Shown here in pieces: positions 1 to 12,497 of a DNA stretch of 53,398 bases; the stretch's first letter is position 1, and every line of letters starts with the position of its first letter. Both the position numbers and the translations under genes were made by a program. The notes beneath the pieces are model-generated. The model had not been told where the DNA came from. It was given only the letters and a program-made list of their open reading frames with translations, and did no database searches. The stretch comes from Trichinella spiralis (Eukaryota): the NCBI RefSeq assembly GCF_000181795.1, contig NW_003526941.1, positions 1,123,844 through 1,177,241 on the forward strand, given 5' to 3'.

Positions 1-698
1 TTTAATGCGGTACGTCAGACGGAAGTGAACGATTGTGCATACGTTGCGACGGCTGTGTGGCCTGCCAATGAGCAGATCACTGGCGAAATGAGTAAGGTTT
101 CATTTTTTTTATTTTCAAAAGCAGCAATTGCAGCAGTGTTTCTATGTTTTTTTTTTCTGTTTTATTCACAGATGTGATGAGTGAAATTGGTAATATTGTG
201 AAATTGTCGTCACATTATGGCTACATTTTGTCCGAATCATTGGGTCGAGTGTTCTTTTCCATTTCCAATTGTGAAAATTACACGTCGCCAGAGTTGACGT
301 TGTTCGATTTGTTCGAAGTGAATGATTTGGTGCATTTCAATCCAATGAAGCAGCCAGAAATGAACGGCTGCAACTGGAGAGCGTTGAATGTGATGAAATT
401 CAAGTTCGCGGCCGAAGAAAACCCACTGTGGGATAATGTTGTACAGGATTACCAATTTGAGAACGACCAATTTTCCATTTCCAATTCCAATGCAACAGTG
501 CTTGTCGATGTAGAAAATTCGAAACCACCCAAAACAACAGTTGACAAAGCTTGTCAAACTGTCACACCACCAGAAATGTTCCTTTTGAAAGCGGTTACTG
601 CTGATCCGACATTTTATATGGAATTGTATCGCAATTTTCCTCATCTTATGAAATTTATCGATAAAGCTTGTTTTCAATATTTCTTGTGCTGGTATTGA
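1..698 (+). CDS. 3' part of an uncharacterised protein with tandem cold-shock-like/OB-fold repeats (exons <1-91, 172-698)
   Basis: Open frame from the window start (FNAVRQTEVNDCAYVATAVWP...). The phase-1 donor A|gtaagg at 91 joins the acceptor ttcacag|172 in frame with ORF 144..698. GNIVKLSSHYGYILSESLGRVFFS resembles the RNP-like strands of cold-shock domains. FNAVRQ-E-N-C echoes FNPMKQPEMNGC, suggesting repeated domains. Confidence 0.55.
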
Positions 699-2899
699 TG
701 ATCAAAACGAACAAACAATTAATTTTTTATTATAGAAATTGAATTTGATTCGTCCAGAAAAACATGTTTCAGAATTTTATTCTCTTTTAATTATGAAAAT
801 TGACATGACAATGACTAAACTTGCAGAAATAGTTTAAATGGATGAATGAAAGGTGGTGGCTTTTGTCAATTCTGACATCTCAGCTGTTTACAGATGTAAA
901 GTTGAAAATTTCATAATTTTGAAAATGCTCGAACAAACTTTTCAACAATTTTGAAATTCAACTCTGCTCGACAGGTATAATTTTCAACCTTGTTTCATTT
1001 GTAATGTTTCGTTTACAACGTCAACAAAACACTGAGGTATTTATTGTTTTAATTTGTAGCTAAAAATTAATATTTATTTTCACATTGTAATCATGTTTAT
1101 CATTTTGAATTTGAAATTCAAATTTAAAAAAAAAAGTGGTCTAATTATATTAGAAAATTTGAATTCAATAAGTGATGCTCAGGTTGAGTTTGAATTGGAT
1201 GCGACATTTTTGACGATTCGCGCGCTTCAATCGATGCTAATAACGTTCGGTCGACACAATTCGAAGCGTGCGCTTGGATTATTATTGATCGTAGCCGTCG
1301 ATTTTCGTCCACAAAGCATTCACACATTCGAGTTGGAGTTTCGTCACAGCGCGCCGTGGTTGGCTTTCAATTGATCAGCAAACCCTCGCACAAGAAGCGT
1401 CCGATTGTCTAGACTTTTTACTGCCACCAAAATGGGTAAGTGATGCAAAAAGTACCTGCCATCTTTTATACGGTGTTCTGTAGAAAGAACTGGTTGCACT
1501 CTTATTTTATTTTCATTTTTATTACACGTGACAAGATGTTCAAATCGTTCAGAAATATTGACCCGTTGTTTGTTGCAACCAGCTGCACCGGTTGCCACTT
1601 TGTTGTGCAGCATTAAATGCTTGCTTTGTTGCAATTTACTTTTAACATATTCGTTATTGAAAACAAACAGACTTATCGACGGATTTATGAATCAATAATG
1701 GTGTTTGTTTTTGTTTTGTTGAAGGTTTATCCCAAGTGTTTCTTCGACTTATTTCTGCCATTGTCTCCAGTTTAATCAGCCTGATCTGTATACTGGTTCC
1801 GATGGCCGCTTTGTCGCAAGGAATCTGCCGTGGTTGTACGACCGTGCACAACAGCGTGATGAATTTGATCAACAACAAACCTCGCCGTAAGCTCATGTTC
1901 AACCATTGCACTAATTAGCATATTTACCCTCTCACCGGAAATTGCAAGTTCATTGTTTGTGAACACACTTACAGCTGGTTGTTTTCTTCCATGCATGTTT
2001 TTCTCCATTGATTTTTCCATGTTCTACCAGCATGTGTTGTAGATATTTCAGTTTAACCAGTGTTTAGCTTGGCACTAGTCAATTCTGGACCTGTTTCGTC
2101 TTCATTGATGGTGAACTAACTAGGTCTCGCGCTTGTGGTTTGCTATCATTATAATACGTGTTTACACTTCAGCATCTTTGTTTGTTGTTCGATTGCAATT
2201 GCAGCTTTTCTTATTTTTTAATTTGAATTTCTTCCAACAAGATGAATCATTTTTTGTTCATCTGTTCTTTATCATTCCCAATGACTCATATTTCATAGCC
2301 TTTTATTATTTACGAATGATAATAACAATTGATACATCACTTAGTATACTGTATTTGAAAATCAAGTGGATTAATTTACAAGTTGTTGAATGAATTTTCT
2401 AATTTTAAAAACTTTAATTAAGAATTTTTTTTTGTTTTATTTATTATTTTTTTAATATTTGTTTTTTCACAATCATTATAATTTAAAAATTATAGAGAAA
2501 AGTTCAGTTGTTTGCATTTTCGTGTTTTCCAACTGCAACTGCCGACAAACACTATTGGCTATTCTTTCTTTCTTTGTTGTTTTCCTGATTTTGCAGCTAT
2601 AAGACAGCTGTTCACTTAAACGATACTCCTACTGTCGATACCCAGGATAAATTTTAACTCTCATATCGGCTGATTGATTTCAACTTTAAAATCAGGTGTC
2701 GCTGTTGTATTGATAAGCTTGTTTGCGGTTTTCTGTAGCAAAACGCCTGTTCATCAGGTCGCGCTTTTCTCACTGTAGTAATTCGATCGTGATCGCTGGC
2801 AAATTGGCATTCTGCTCGACTTCCAGCTCATCCATCATTCACTCTGTGGGATATTTTTATATTATTTTAAGATTGTTGCCATTTAGCTAGCTGCGCAAG

Positions 2900-3964
2900 A
2901 TGAGATCAAGTAAGTAATTTATGCACATGCAAACGTACAATAAGCATGTAATGTTGTGCTTTCATATCGGTTTTTCAATTCAATTTGCAAACGCATTGTT
3001 TATGCAACAGTTTGTTTACAGCGTGTTGGCTTATGATCGATTCAGCAAATGATTGCTCTGTCGGTCATTCAGTTTATTATAATGCTTGCTTAGTTAAGTC
3101 TCTTTGCATCTTGGAATAGTGCTTGAATTGGTTGAGTATAGATTTCTCTGAGCTTGTTTGTCATTGTGCATCATCGATTGATGAGCAAAGGAAACTGAAT
3201 TGTTATTCCATCATTTAATGCATTGGTTTTTTTTGTCGTTTCAGTTCATGATATACTATGCTGGAAAGATCCTGTAGCGTCAGGCGTAATCTTTGCCATT
3301 TTATTCATAACTCTCATATCGCTTCGGTATTTTTCTGCTTTGCTAATCATCGCCTACGCTGGTTTGCTGGCGTTGGCAGCTTCTCTTGGTTTTCGATTGT
3401 ACAGCTTGGTCACTGCACGGCTACACGGCAAAGAGCACGTCGATCCATTCAAGTGAGAATTTTGATTTTCCCCTCTCATCATACTTTGCTTTTATTGTTT
3501 TTTTTCTCATTTTTTCAGACCCTATCTAGAGAATACAATTTCCTTTCCTGCAGAACGGTTGCATAGCCAAGTTGATGTGTTTGTTGATTTCATTCAAAAA
3601 TTCTTGGACAATTTGAAACGACTTTTTTTGTTGGAAAAAATTTTCGAAAGTTTGAAACTATTTGTCATGCTTTGGTCGTTGACTTACGTTGGATCTTGGC
3701 TGTCACTTTCATCTTTGGCTGTTCTTGGTGAGATTTTCTTTTTTCAATAAATGTACAGCATTTATTTATTTATTTATTTATTTATAATATTTAGCATTGA
3801 TCTACGCGTTCACTGTTCCATTGTTATTGGAAAAGCACGGCAATACAATCAACAAATACAAAAATATGGTCACAGCTAAGGTTGATACAATTTTGAAGAC
3901 AGTCGATGCAAAAATGCCATTTTTGCATCTAATTCATTCTGAAGAGAAGAAGAAACAACAATGA
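2900..3964 (+). CDS. ret-1: Reticulon, short isoform (exons 2900-2909, 3245-3452, 3519-3727, 3795-3964)
   Basis: Spliced product MRSIHDILCWKDPVASGVIF...DPFKPYLE...LKRLFLLEKIFESLKLFVMLWSLTYVGSW...FTVPLLLEKH has two long hydrophobic segments typical of the reticulon domain. It ends KKKQQ*, a di-lysine ER retrieval signal. All intron phases are compatible. Confidence 0.9.
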
Positions 3965-5273
3965 AATAAATGATCATTTGCACTTTCATCTTTTCTCATA
4001 GTCAATCTATAAAACTTTATATATCATATTTATGTAATAATTATATTTTCTTTTGCAGTTCAAGAACCTGCTTGCCAACGGCAGTTCTTCTCCCGTAATT
4101 TCTGTTTTATTCTGTCTTCTTTTTGGTGCTTGTTTGATTTTCTCGTTTTATTTTTAAGGTTCTCTTTTTTTCTTGATATTAATTATTTTTTCTGTCATTT
4201 TGCTGCGCAGTATATTTGCTAATTCTCTTCTTGTTTGTTTGTTCTGCCGGTACAGGCATTTTTCTCTTCACTGCGCTTCTTCTCTTTTTTTTGCTGGTTT
4301 TCAATAGTTGAGAATAGGGCGGTGTGACAGATTTTAATTTAATTTTTTTTATTTTAAATATCACTGTTTATTATTTTGCATGTTACTGCAATGTGAATGC
4401 AGTGTAGAACAGAAGATGATGAGGTAAATATTGTCATTATGGTTTTCTCATTTAGTCGCATAATTTTGTTGCTGCTGTTCATACATAATTAAAGAAGAAG
4501 AAAAAACATACTTTTGAATAAAATTTCCATTTGTTAATTTTTATTTTTTTGATGTAGATATATGTATTTATTTATTTATTTGGTTTTTATTTTCTCATTA
4601 TAATTAGAAACAGCCGTTGAAAAATTATTGCTAACGAACGTTGAAAAATGGCTCAGCTGTGCGCAGTTGTTGTTCACGTTGTTCAGATTCACTTATCAGC
4701 TGACGAAGAAAACCGACTAAAAGTTTTATCGAAAAGTTGAAAGCAATAGCTAGAGCAGCAAGTTTGTTGTGCTATTTCGTATTTGATTTTGTTGTTCAAA
4801 CGGACAAAGTTGTTTGCTTCAAAGGGAAATCCCTCCATTATTATTCACTGACATTTATAAACTTACACACACACACATATATATATATGTATGTATATGT
4901 TTGTTTGTTCATTTATGTATTCTAATTTTTAGAGAAAAAAACAGTAGGTGAATAGCGGCTGCTTATGCAACGATGCTGTGATTTTTGCAGACGCATTGAC
5001 GTAATTTGCATAAAGCATGGCATCTTTTTGGCGAGTGAGGTCTGCAAAGCTATTATTACGCAAGAAGATGAACAACAACAACAACAACAACAATAGTAAT
5101 AATGTTGATGATGACGACAATGTTAATGATGAAAAGCAGCAACAGATGAGCAAGTTCTTCTTTGCTGTACCAATAACAGCAGCAGCATCATCGAATCATA
5201 TTAGTTGTGCAAGAATTTTCGGGCAACTACTACCTACCGCTGCTGGTGGTGGTTGTGGTGGTGAAGCAGAACA

Positions 5274-6032
5274 ATGGCACCATCGGTGTCGAATAAATAT
5301 GACGAGCTGATTGAGCACAGAACACGATGGTGGTCCACATACCCGACGTACGGCTTCAATGTCAAAGCTAAACCACGGGACACGTTGGATCGGATTGTCA
5401 GCGACGTGTTCGGTGCACCCAGGAAGCTTGCCAGGTCCGTTTCGGCGGCTAGCTTGACTTATTTTCGTGAAGCCGACGTCGGCGTGAGCGGTTTGAAGCG
5501 TTCCCCAACGTACAGCAGCCTGAGTCCGTCGCACGCGTTACCGTACGATTTGCGCGTCGCCACTCGCTACATCGACGTCATGGAGCCGCGCAAAGTGACC
5601 ACAAGCAATTGGTATTTGAACACGTACGTTCCTTACCAGTTTAGAAGAAGCATGACCAACCTCTGCTGCGCTAAGCCTGCTGAAAACAAACCACCCATAT
5701 TTTCGTACGTCACCAGATCTTACTGTCCAGCTTACAAGGATGTCTATTTTAATAACAGGAAACAATTTTCTCATTCTTATGGAAATGATTATTTGAAAGA
5801 ATCTTGCGCCTACGGGGGAGAGTATGTTCGATCAAGACTGCGCTTTGTCGACCGAAGCTTACCGTATGTACGCACCAGTTACGAACGACCATCGTCAGTG
5901 GAACGTTACTTGAGATTCTGGCGTGGAGGTAGTTCGCTGGCGTTCGTCGGCACTCCCACATCATTGCCAACTTACACGCAATCCCGTCTGCCTCATCGTA
6001 TCTACATGCTCACTTCTAGACTGCCCTTTTGA
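5274..6032 (+). CDS. Intronless 252-aa Tyr/Arg/Ser-rich protein of unknown function
   Basis: Long ATG-initiated ORF with GC content above its flanks, followed by AATAAA at about 6237 and 6243. No family recognised. Confidence 0.7.
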   Translation: MAPSVSNKYDELIEHRTRWWSTYPTYGFNVKAKPRDTLDRIVSDVFGAPRKLARSVSAASLTYFREADVGVSGLKRSPTYSSLSPSHALPYDLRVATRYIDVMEPRKVTTSNWYLNTYVPYQFRRSMTNLCCAKPAENKPPIFSYVTRSYCPAYKDVYFNNRKQFSHSYGNDYLKESCAYGGEYVRSRLRFVDRSLPYVRTSYERPSSVERYLRFWRGGSSLAFVGTPTSLPTYTQSRLPHRIYMLTSRLPF

Positions 6033-6169
6033 AAAAAAGCTTATCCATCTCACTGTACGGCAAACAATCCTTTTCTAAGAGAATACAACATCTGTTTGCT
6101 TTTACAGTAGCTTGCATAGTTAGTTGCACAAGCTGCTGAAAATGTTTAGTTATTTATACGTGTGTGATC

Positions 6170-6220
6170 TGATGTGATGTGATGTGATGTGATGTGATGT
6201 GATGTAATGTGATGTGATGT
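6170..6220. repeat. (TGATG)n pentanucleotide microsatellite
   Basis: About 10 near-perfect copies seen directly. Confidence 0.9.
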
Positions 6221-8652
6221 AACTTTTTGTAGTAACAATAAAAATAAAAAACGTTTATTTATAAACGAGGACTGATTCGCACTCTTTGTTCACAGTTTTT
6301 AATTTTAAAAAATGAAGAATACTGTAAAAATAAAAAGTAATTTTAATTAATAAAATGTTTTTAATCGATAAAGAAATCACAGCAAAAACTAGTTCAAAGT
6401 GACAGTAAACTGTCAACAAAAAATTTTCTTTAATTATGCAATAACTTGATTATTTTTGATACTGTATTGTCGAGATTTATTTAGCTCTGTGCGTCAATTT
6501 TTTTCCTTCTTTTTTTGTTTCGAAATGTAAAATAGCATTTTCTTCAACAGATATGTTCAGTCAACATTTACTTATTTATCAATGGTCATTGTACTCTACT
6601 CTGCGTTGAAGCATGACGATACGTCGTTCCAAGACCGGTCAGTGAAAGAAGTTTAAAATTTTCAACGCTCACTTCAATGCTCAAGCTGAATTCAGGTAAG
6701 TGATGAATTTTGAATTTTTGTCCAGCACTTTGTCCGTTGAGTAACTGACGTTTTGGAAAGATCAGATTGAAAATTTATTTTTAAGATAATCGCATGGGAG
6801 ACGAATTTCAAATTTATTTGTAATTGTGATTTGCAAATATTTGCCTTCTTCTTTGCAAGCTTTGTTGCAATGTGAATTAATTGTTTATTTTCTTTATTGA
6901 CATTTTATTTAATGCTGCATAATATTGATACGCATTATCAGTATCTTTGCGCGACACATTCATTATCAAGCAAAAATTCTCAGTTCAGTAATAAGTTGAT
7001 AATTGATTTTCTTCAGTGTTTTTTGGTCATTTTATTTTGAATCGATTCATGCAACAGGAAACAATTTTTTCTTTGAACTGATTGATTTTTTCCGTTGCAA
7101 ATTTTACAGTATCTCTTCAACAGGGACCCGTTCACTGTCCCAGGGAAACAACGAAGCGTTGCATTTCGTTGACTTGTATTTTTGTAATTTTCTCATTTTA
7201 AAACAAATTTATTGTCATTTTTTGAATATCTGGTGTGAAAATTTTAAAATCGACAATTCAAATTGTAGTGTTCAGCTTTGTCATTTTGTCATTCGCTAAT
7301 AGGGTTTTCAAGTAACGTTGGCCACTATTACGAATCATTTAATTTTCAATCGAAGTAAATCACGTTGTTGCATTGCACAAGGCAGTTCTTAACGATTTCC
7401 AAGAAACGCTTCAGTTTTTCAGCTGCAATTATTGTCTTTGCAACAAAGTAGACAACGTGAGAAGAGAATCAGATTGACGTTGAGAAATAATCTCAATTTA
7501 TGTTCGATATCGAGGCAGTGCTGAGCAGTTGTCTTTTGGCTGTCAGAGTTATTTTTCAACATGTTCAATCTATAAACGGACATTTCAGTTTTGCAAATTG
7601 AGAAATGTGCAAAATTTGAACAGCGCTCTCTGTTGAACTTTATTTTTTATACTATAGGTGTACTGTAATTGTTTTTGAAAAAATATCTTTGCCAGCAATT
7701 TGCTAAACTAGTGTTGTCATCGTTGTTCACCATTTAAATTCAATGGGGCAGAAATGTCATCAAATGGGGGAAAATGATGTTTTTTCTTTTTTAAGATTGC
7801 AGCTTATTTTATTCATTAGTGTTTGATGAGCGGCGGGCTGAGCGGAAATGACTGAAATTGATTTAAAGTTGTTGAGAATGGTAGTTTTCTTTTCCTTTAC
7901 TTTTCTGTGCCGACAGATATTATTTATTTTTGACAAATTTCGATATTTATTTCTGTGAGAATGGCAAAAATGAAAAAGAACAAAATTTTATTCATCTTCA
8001 AATAAATAGGTTGGGAAAAGTGTTTTTTTGTTTTAACGTGACGAAACTAGAATTTTTTGAACGATATGCCAACAATCTTTAATGTCAGTTGATGCATTTG
8101 CATCATTGCTACGTTGAATTGATCAANTTGGTGATCGGGTGCTGGAGAGGGTTCAGTTGATTTGGGTGGAATTGCAGCAACCATAATTTAGTACTTGTGA
8201 TGTTTGAAATCTCTGCTATGAAACGCTGGTTGTGGAAAAATTTTTATCAATCCTTAAAAAGTTGGGATGAGCAGGGCGGGACATGTTCTCCCAACAGGGT
8301 CGGTGATTGTGGTAGTATTATTGTTGGTGAGTTTGTCGAGCGCATTCTGTTCTGATTGGGTGGAATAAGAAGAAACTGTGCGAATGAATTATTCNAAAGC
8401 AAAGCAAAGAATGCCAGGTGATAGTGANTANTTCATCGTTGTTGGCAGCCGTTCCTCTGATCGACATACGACGACTGTTGTGTGCAAAAAGGGCTTTTGA
8501 AAAAATAGCTTATCGCGTTCAGTTCAATTTACATCCTTTGAACGGCGTGCACACATGCTACACACATACACACACGCACACACACACACACACACANCAC
8601 ACATACAGAAGACGCACGCTACATGGGAGAAAAGTGAGCTTGGGTCCTCGAA

Positions 8653-9669
8653 ATGCAGAATCCGAACGATGTACCAGGACGTATGGTGAAATTGTTTCAT
8701 TGTCGTTACGTTTCAAATCAGCGATGTGCATATTGTACTTTGAGTGGAATGATGCATTCGTACACGCAGCTGTTGTACTTGAACAATGGAGGCATTGTTT
8801 GCTATTTGTTCATCGGCATCACGTTGATGTGCCTGTTTTGTTGCGTTCGTTTTGAGCTCGACGACGAGATCAATCTTTTCTTGTATGAACCACGCCCATT
8901 GCCGACTTGTTTAATCATCGGAGCCAGAAAATGCGGTACAAGGGCTCTTTTGCAATTTCTCAGCTTGCATCCCAAATTGCGCATCGTTACCCAAGAGTTG
9001 CACTTTTTCGACAACGATACCGCTTATGAACTCGGCTTAAGCTGGTACCGCAGTCAGATGCCTTTGGCCAACCATTCGGGCGGAGTGACGATTGAAAAAA
9101 CTCCCGGCTATTTTACCAGCTTATTGGCACCGAGTCGAGTTTACCGGCTGAATCCCAAGATGAGACTTGTGTTAATTGTTCGAAATCCCGTCGTGCGTGC
9201 CATATCCGATTTCACACAGGTGGTCCACACGAAGCGATCGAAAGGTAAGCTGGTGCAGACGTTTGAACAAGCCGTTTTTGACAGAGACGGTTCGGTCCGG
9301 GTCGCTTACAAGCCGGTGCGTAACAGCTTGTATGCGTTGCATTTGCGCCATTGGTTGGCTTATTTTCCAATTGATCAGATTCACATTGCCGACGGAGATC
9401 GGCTAATTGAGGAGCCGATTGTTGAACTGCGTGCTGTGGAACGATTTCTCAACTTGCCACCGCATATTGGCGCTGAACAGCTCTACTTCAACCGTACAAA
9501 GGGGTTCTACTGTTACGTGCATCCCGTCGACGGTCCGTCCTGTTTGGGCAACACCAAAGGCAGAGCGCACGTCAGGGTGAGCGTGGAAGCTCGACAGAAG
9601 CTTCAAGAATTTTTTCAACCGCACAATAAGCAATTCTATGCGCTCATTAATCGCACTTTCAACTGGTAG
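8653..9669 (+). CDS. hst-3: Heparan sulfate glucosamine 3-O-sulfotransferase (HS3ST / hst-3 family), type II membrane protein, single coding exon
   Basis: N-terminal transmembrane segment (IVCYLFIGITLMCLFCCV). 5'-PSB loop IIGARKCGTRALL, ELHFFD, EKTPGYF, 3'-PB motif RNPVVRAISDF and C-terminal CLGNTKGRAH are all HS3ST hallmarks. Exact start codon uncertain. Confidence 0.93.
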   Translation: MQNPNDVPGRMVKLFHCRYVSNQRCAYCTLSGMMHSYTQLLYLNNGGIVCYLFIGITLMCLFCCVRFELDDEINLFLYEPRPLPTCLIIGARKCGTRALLQFLSLHPKLRIVTQELHFFDNDTAYELGLSWYRSQMPLANHSGGVTIEKTPGYFTSLLAPSRVYRLNPKMRLVLIVRNPVVRAISDFTQVVHTKRSKGKLVQTFEQAVFDRDGSVRVAYKPVRNSLYALHLRHWLAYFPIDQIHIADGDRLIEEPIVELRAVERFLNLPPHIGAEQLYFNRTKGFYCYVHPVDGPSCLGNTKGRAHVRVSVEARQKLQEFFQPHNKQFYALINRTFNW

Positions 9670-9815
9670 TCAATCAATCAACCATGTAACGAACAATCAA
9701 TCACCTTTATTATTATTATTGTTATTATCAGCATTATCATCAACATTATTATTGGTGTTGTTGTTATGGATGGTTAATTTTTCTTTTCTTAACACTAACA
9801 ACGTTGCCAATGGAA

Positions 9816-11818
9816 TCAGCTTTGTGTGTGGCATTGCTTCCAAGTAAGAGGCGTGCCATCGCGTTGTCGAAATTCGCTCAAAAAGCAGTCGCACTCGTCT
9901 CGAACACAAACCGCCTCTGGATACGCTGGACATTGACGGTTGTCGCAAGGATTGAATACCTTGCACCACCGACCTGGTCGAGATTCAATAGCTGTACAAT
10001 TGTCGGTTTCCGGTGAACAACGTTCGCAAAGCCCACATTTTTCTGCAATTGAAAATTTCAAATTCAACCTCTCTCTGATCAATGAGCAAAAACAGTGGAA
10101 ATGAAATAAATAATAAACGGACAAATTCTCCTTCACTGATTGCACACATGCTTGTTTTCTTGAAGCTCATTTTTTTATTCAGCTTATTTTATTTTCTTCT
10201 TGTTAAGCAAAATGGGGATTGTTTGCGTTTGCAGCTTTGAAAATGAAAAATTTTACGCAACCCTTGAAAAATAACGAACAAAATTTTCACTAATGGATTT
10301 CAGTTCTAGCCACGTTTAATGCTTTCACAAATTCATCATTTCTACTCGCTCGCTTGCTTGTTTGTCGGTATTTTTGCCAACACTGATTAGTTAAATTGAC
10401 ATTTCTACGTGCTTGAACATTTTGCATAAGCGTCATTTGCTTTTCTATTTTTTCACACCAATGACTGCAGCATTATGCTAACCGAGTTATTTGGGCACTT
10501 AAAAATAGGTATTAACGCTTACATACACGTACGTCATTAGTTCTTGGTGAGAAAACATAATCCTCGAAAATTGATAGACTAATAATTTTGATTGGACTTG
10601 CTTGTGCGCAGCAGCTATTCTGAAATTTCGGCAACTTTCTTCACATATGTTATCATCTTTAAATGAATTAAAACGCACATCCATTTCTACCGGTCTGTGT
10701 TATGATGCTTTCAAAGCCGCTGTTGGCAAGTGATGCTGAACGCCTAGAGTTCAGTTTGGGAAAGAGGGTTGTGTTTTTACTTAGGCTTGCTTTCAAACTA
10801 CCTCTCTGCTTTTGGTTATAAATATGCGCATGTTGTTAGCACTGGGATTGTTCACTAATCATTTTCAAAAACCCTATCAATGTTGATTTTCTCAAATGTT
10901 CAAGTGAAAGATGATTAATAAGACAAAACAGAACAGCTTTTGATGATTATTATATTATGCATATTTTGTTGTGCTTCTTACCTACACATGTGTAGCGGTC
11001 ACAGGGTACTTCACCTCCGCAGAATGCTGTGCTGATAACACATTCTTGGCAGGCGCTGCATTTGGTCGTTCGACAGTCGTTCGGCTTTGTTTTCCCATCA
11101 GACATTTTCTCAATTTTCGTACCATTTTTCATAGGTATGCAAATGTACTCGGACAAATCGTTCGGATTGAGCAGGCAAACATTTTCATCAGGGCAAGGAT
11201 TTGATAGGCATGGATTTTTTGTTTCATTTGATTCTGTTAAAAATTCAACTAACCATTAATAACTGATTGCAACTTGTAATAATGATGATGATGATGATGA
11301 AATTGGAAAATTTTTCAATCCTTATTTCATTTTCATATTCATATGAATATATCTTACGTAATGAGCAAGTATTGTTGTTAGAAATGTTGCTTAATTAAAG
11401 GGGAATTTTGTTGCTTTCACAAATTAAGAAGACATTATGTTAAAATATGCATTACCAGCTTGCTTGTCTTCTGTCATACAATGAAGTTTGCATTTTTCAA
11501 AAGAGTTGAAATTGTTTTCGTTTCCCTTGCAACCACCGTAGGTGAACTTTTCGCACACACCTTTTTCAGAGTTGTAGAAGAAGCGTTTGAACTCTGCTCG
11601 ACAAGGGCCTACATCGGCTGGCAAAGAGCATACCTCTTTCCACTCATTAATAATACTGTAAATCTGGTGGCCGTTTTGAAACTGAAATTACATACATATA
11701 TACAGCATATATGAATATCATTATCAAATGATGGCAGTTTTTTTTCTTCTTTTTAATTTAAATTCATCTTTCTTACCAGTACAAGGAAAAAGAACAGAAT
11801 ATTGGAAATGTGCAACAT
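9816..11818 (-). CDS. Secreted Kunitz/BPTI-domain protein with extra Cys-rich (EGF-like) modules (exons 11818-11777, ~11663-11456, 11233-10982, 10042-9816)
   Basis: Signal peptide MLHISNILFFFLVL|IYS. Kunitz domain CSLPADVGPCRAEFKRFFYNSEKGVCEKFTYGGCKGNENNFNSFEKCKLHC with P1 Arg. Followed by NPCLSNPCPDENVC... and NPCDNRQCPAYPEAVC... modules. GT-AG phases fit. Confidence 0.85.
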
Positions 11819-12497
11819 GATAATAATTTTTATTAATCGAAGTGTTTTAATCGACTGTATTTCTGCTTTGTTGGTGTAAATGGTTAATCAAGCGATTCGA
11901 TTAATTGATAAGTGAAAATAAAAATTTGAATAACATTATCACGTATTGCATATTATTTCGCTTAGGGTTATTTCAAGGAAAGGTACATTTTTCACTTCAA
12001 GCTGAATTTCATGTTCAGTTTATCCTTATTATTATTTATTATTTGGATGGATTTTTAGTTTAATTTATATTTTATTGAAAAGAATAGGTCAGAATTAGAA
12101 AATGTGCTTCTTTCTCAGTTGACGCTTTCTTCACGAGTGACCAGGACAGTAAGTAAGTAAGTAATGAACAAAACTGGGTGACACTATTTATAGAGTTGTA
12201 CGAAAATTTTGTGATATTTGAAAATCTTTTTTTTCAAAACAATTGTAAATTCACTGATCCACCAATGAAAAATTGGCGATATTTTTGAATATTCTCAGGT
12301 AGTTTATTAAAAATGTATTTTTCATTTATTGCACGAATATCTTTCTTCTTCTTCTTCTTCTTTTTCTTATTGTTGTTATTTGATAAGTTTTCCTTCTTTT
12401 CTTGAGTTCATTGAGTTATGATTCATTTTTGAAATAAATTTTAATTGAAAAGTTCGTTGACTTTTTCGTTGAAGAAAAAGCTTTTCACTTGAGAAAC

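Noticed and set aside
1093..2393. Several 60-100-aa ORFs on both strands, possibly a decayed minus-strand gene
   Set aside because: I could not assemble a consistent spliced frame or recognise a domain.
8127..8598. ORF 8418-8855 containing N bases and a CA repeat
   Set aside because: Low-quality, microsatellite-derived frame overlapping the HS3ST 5' region.
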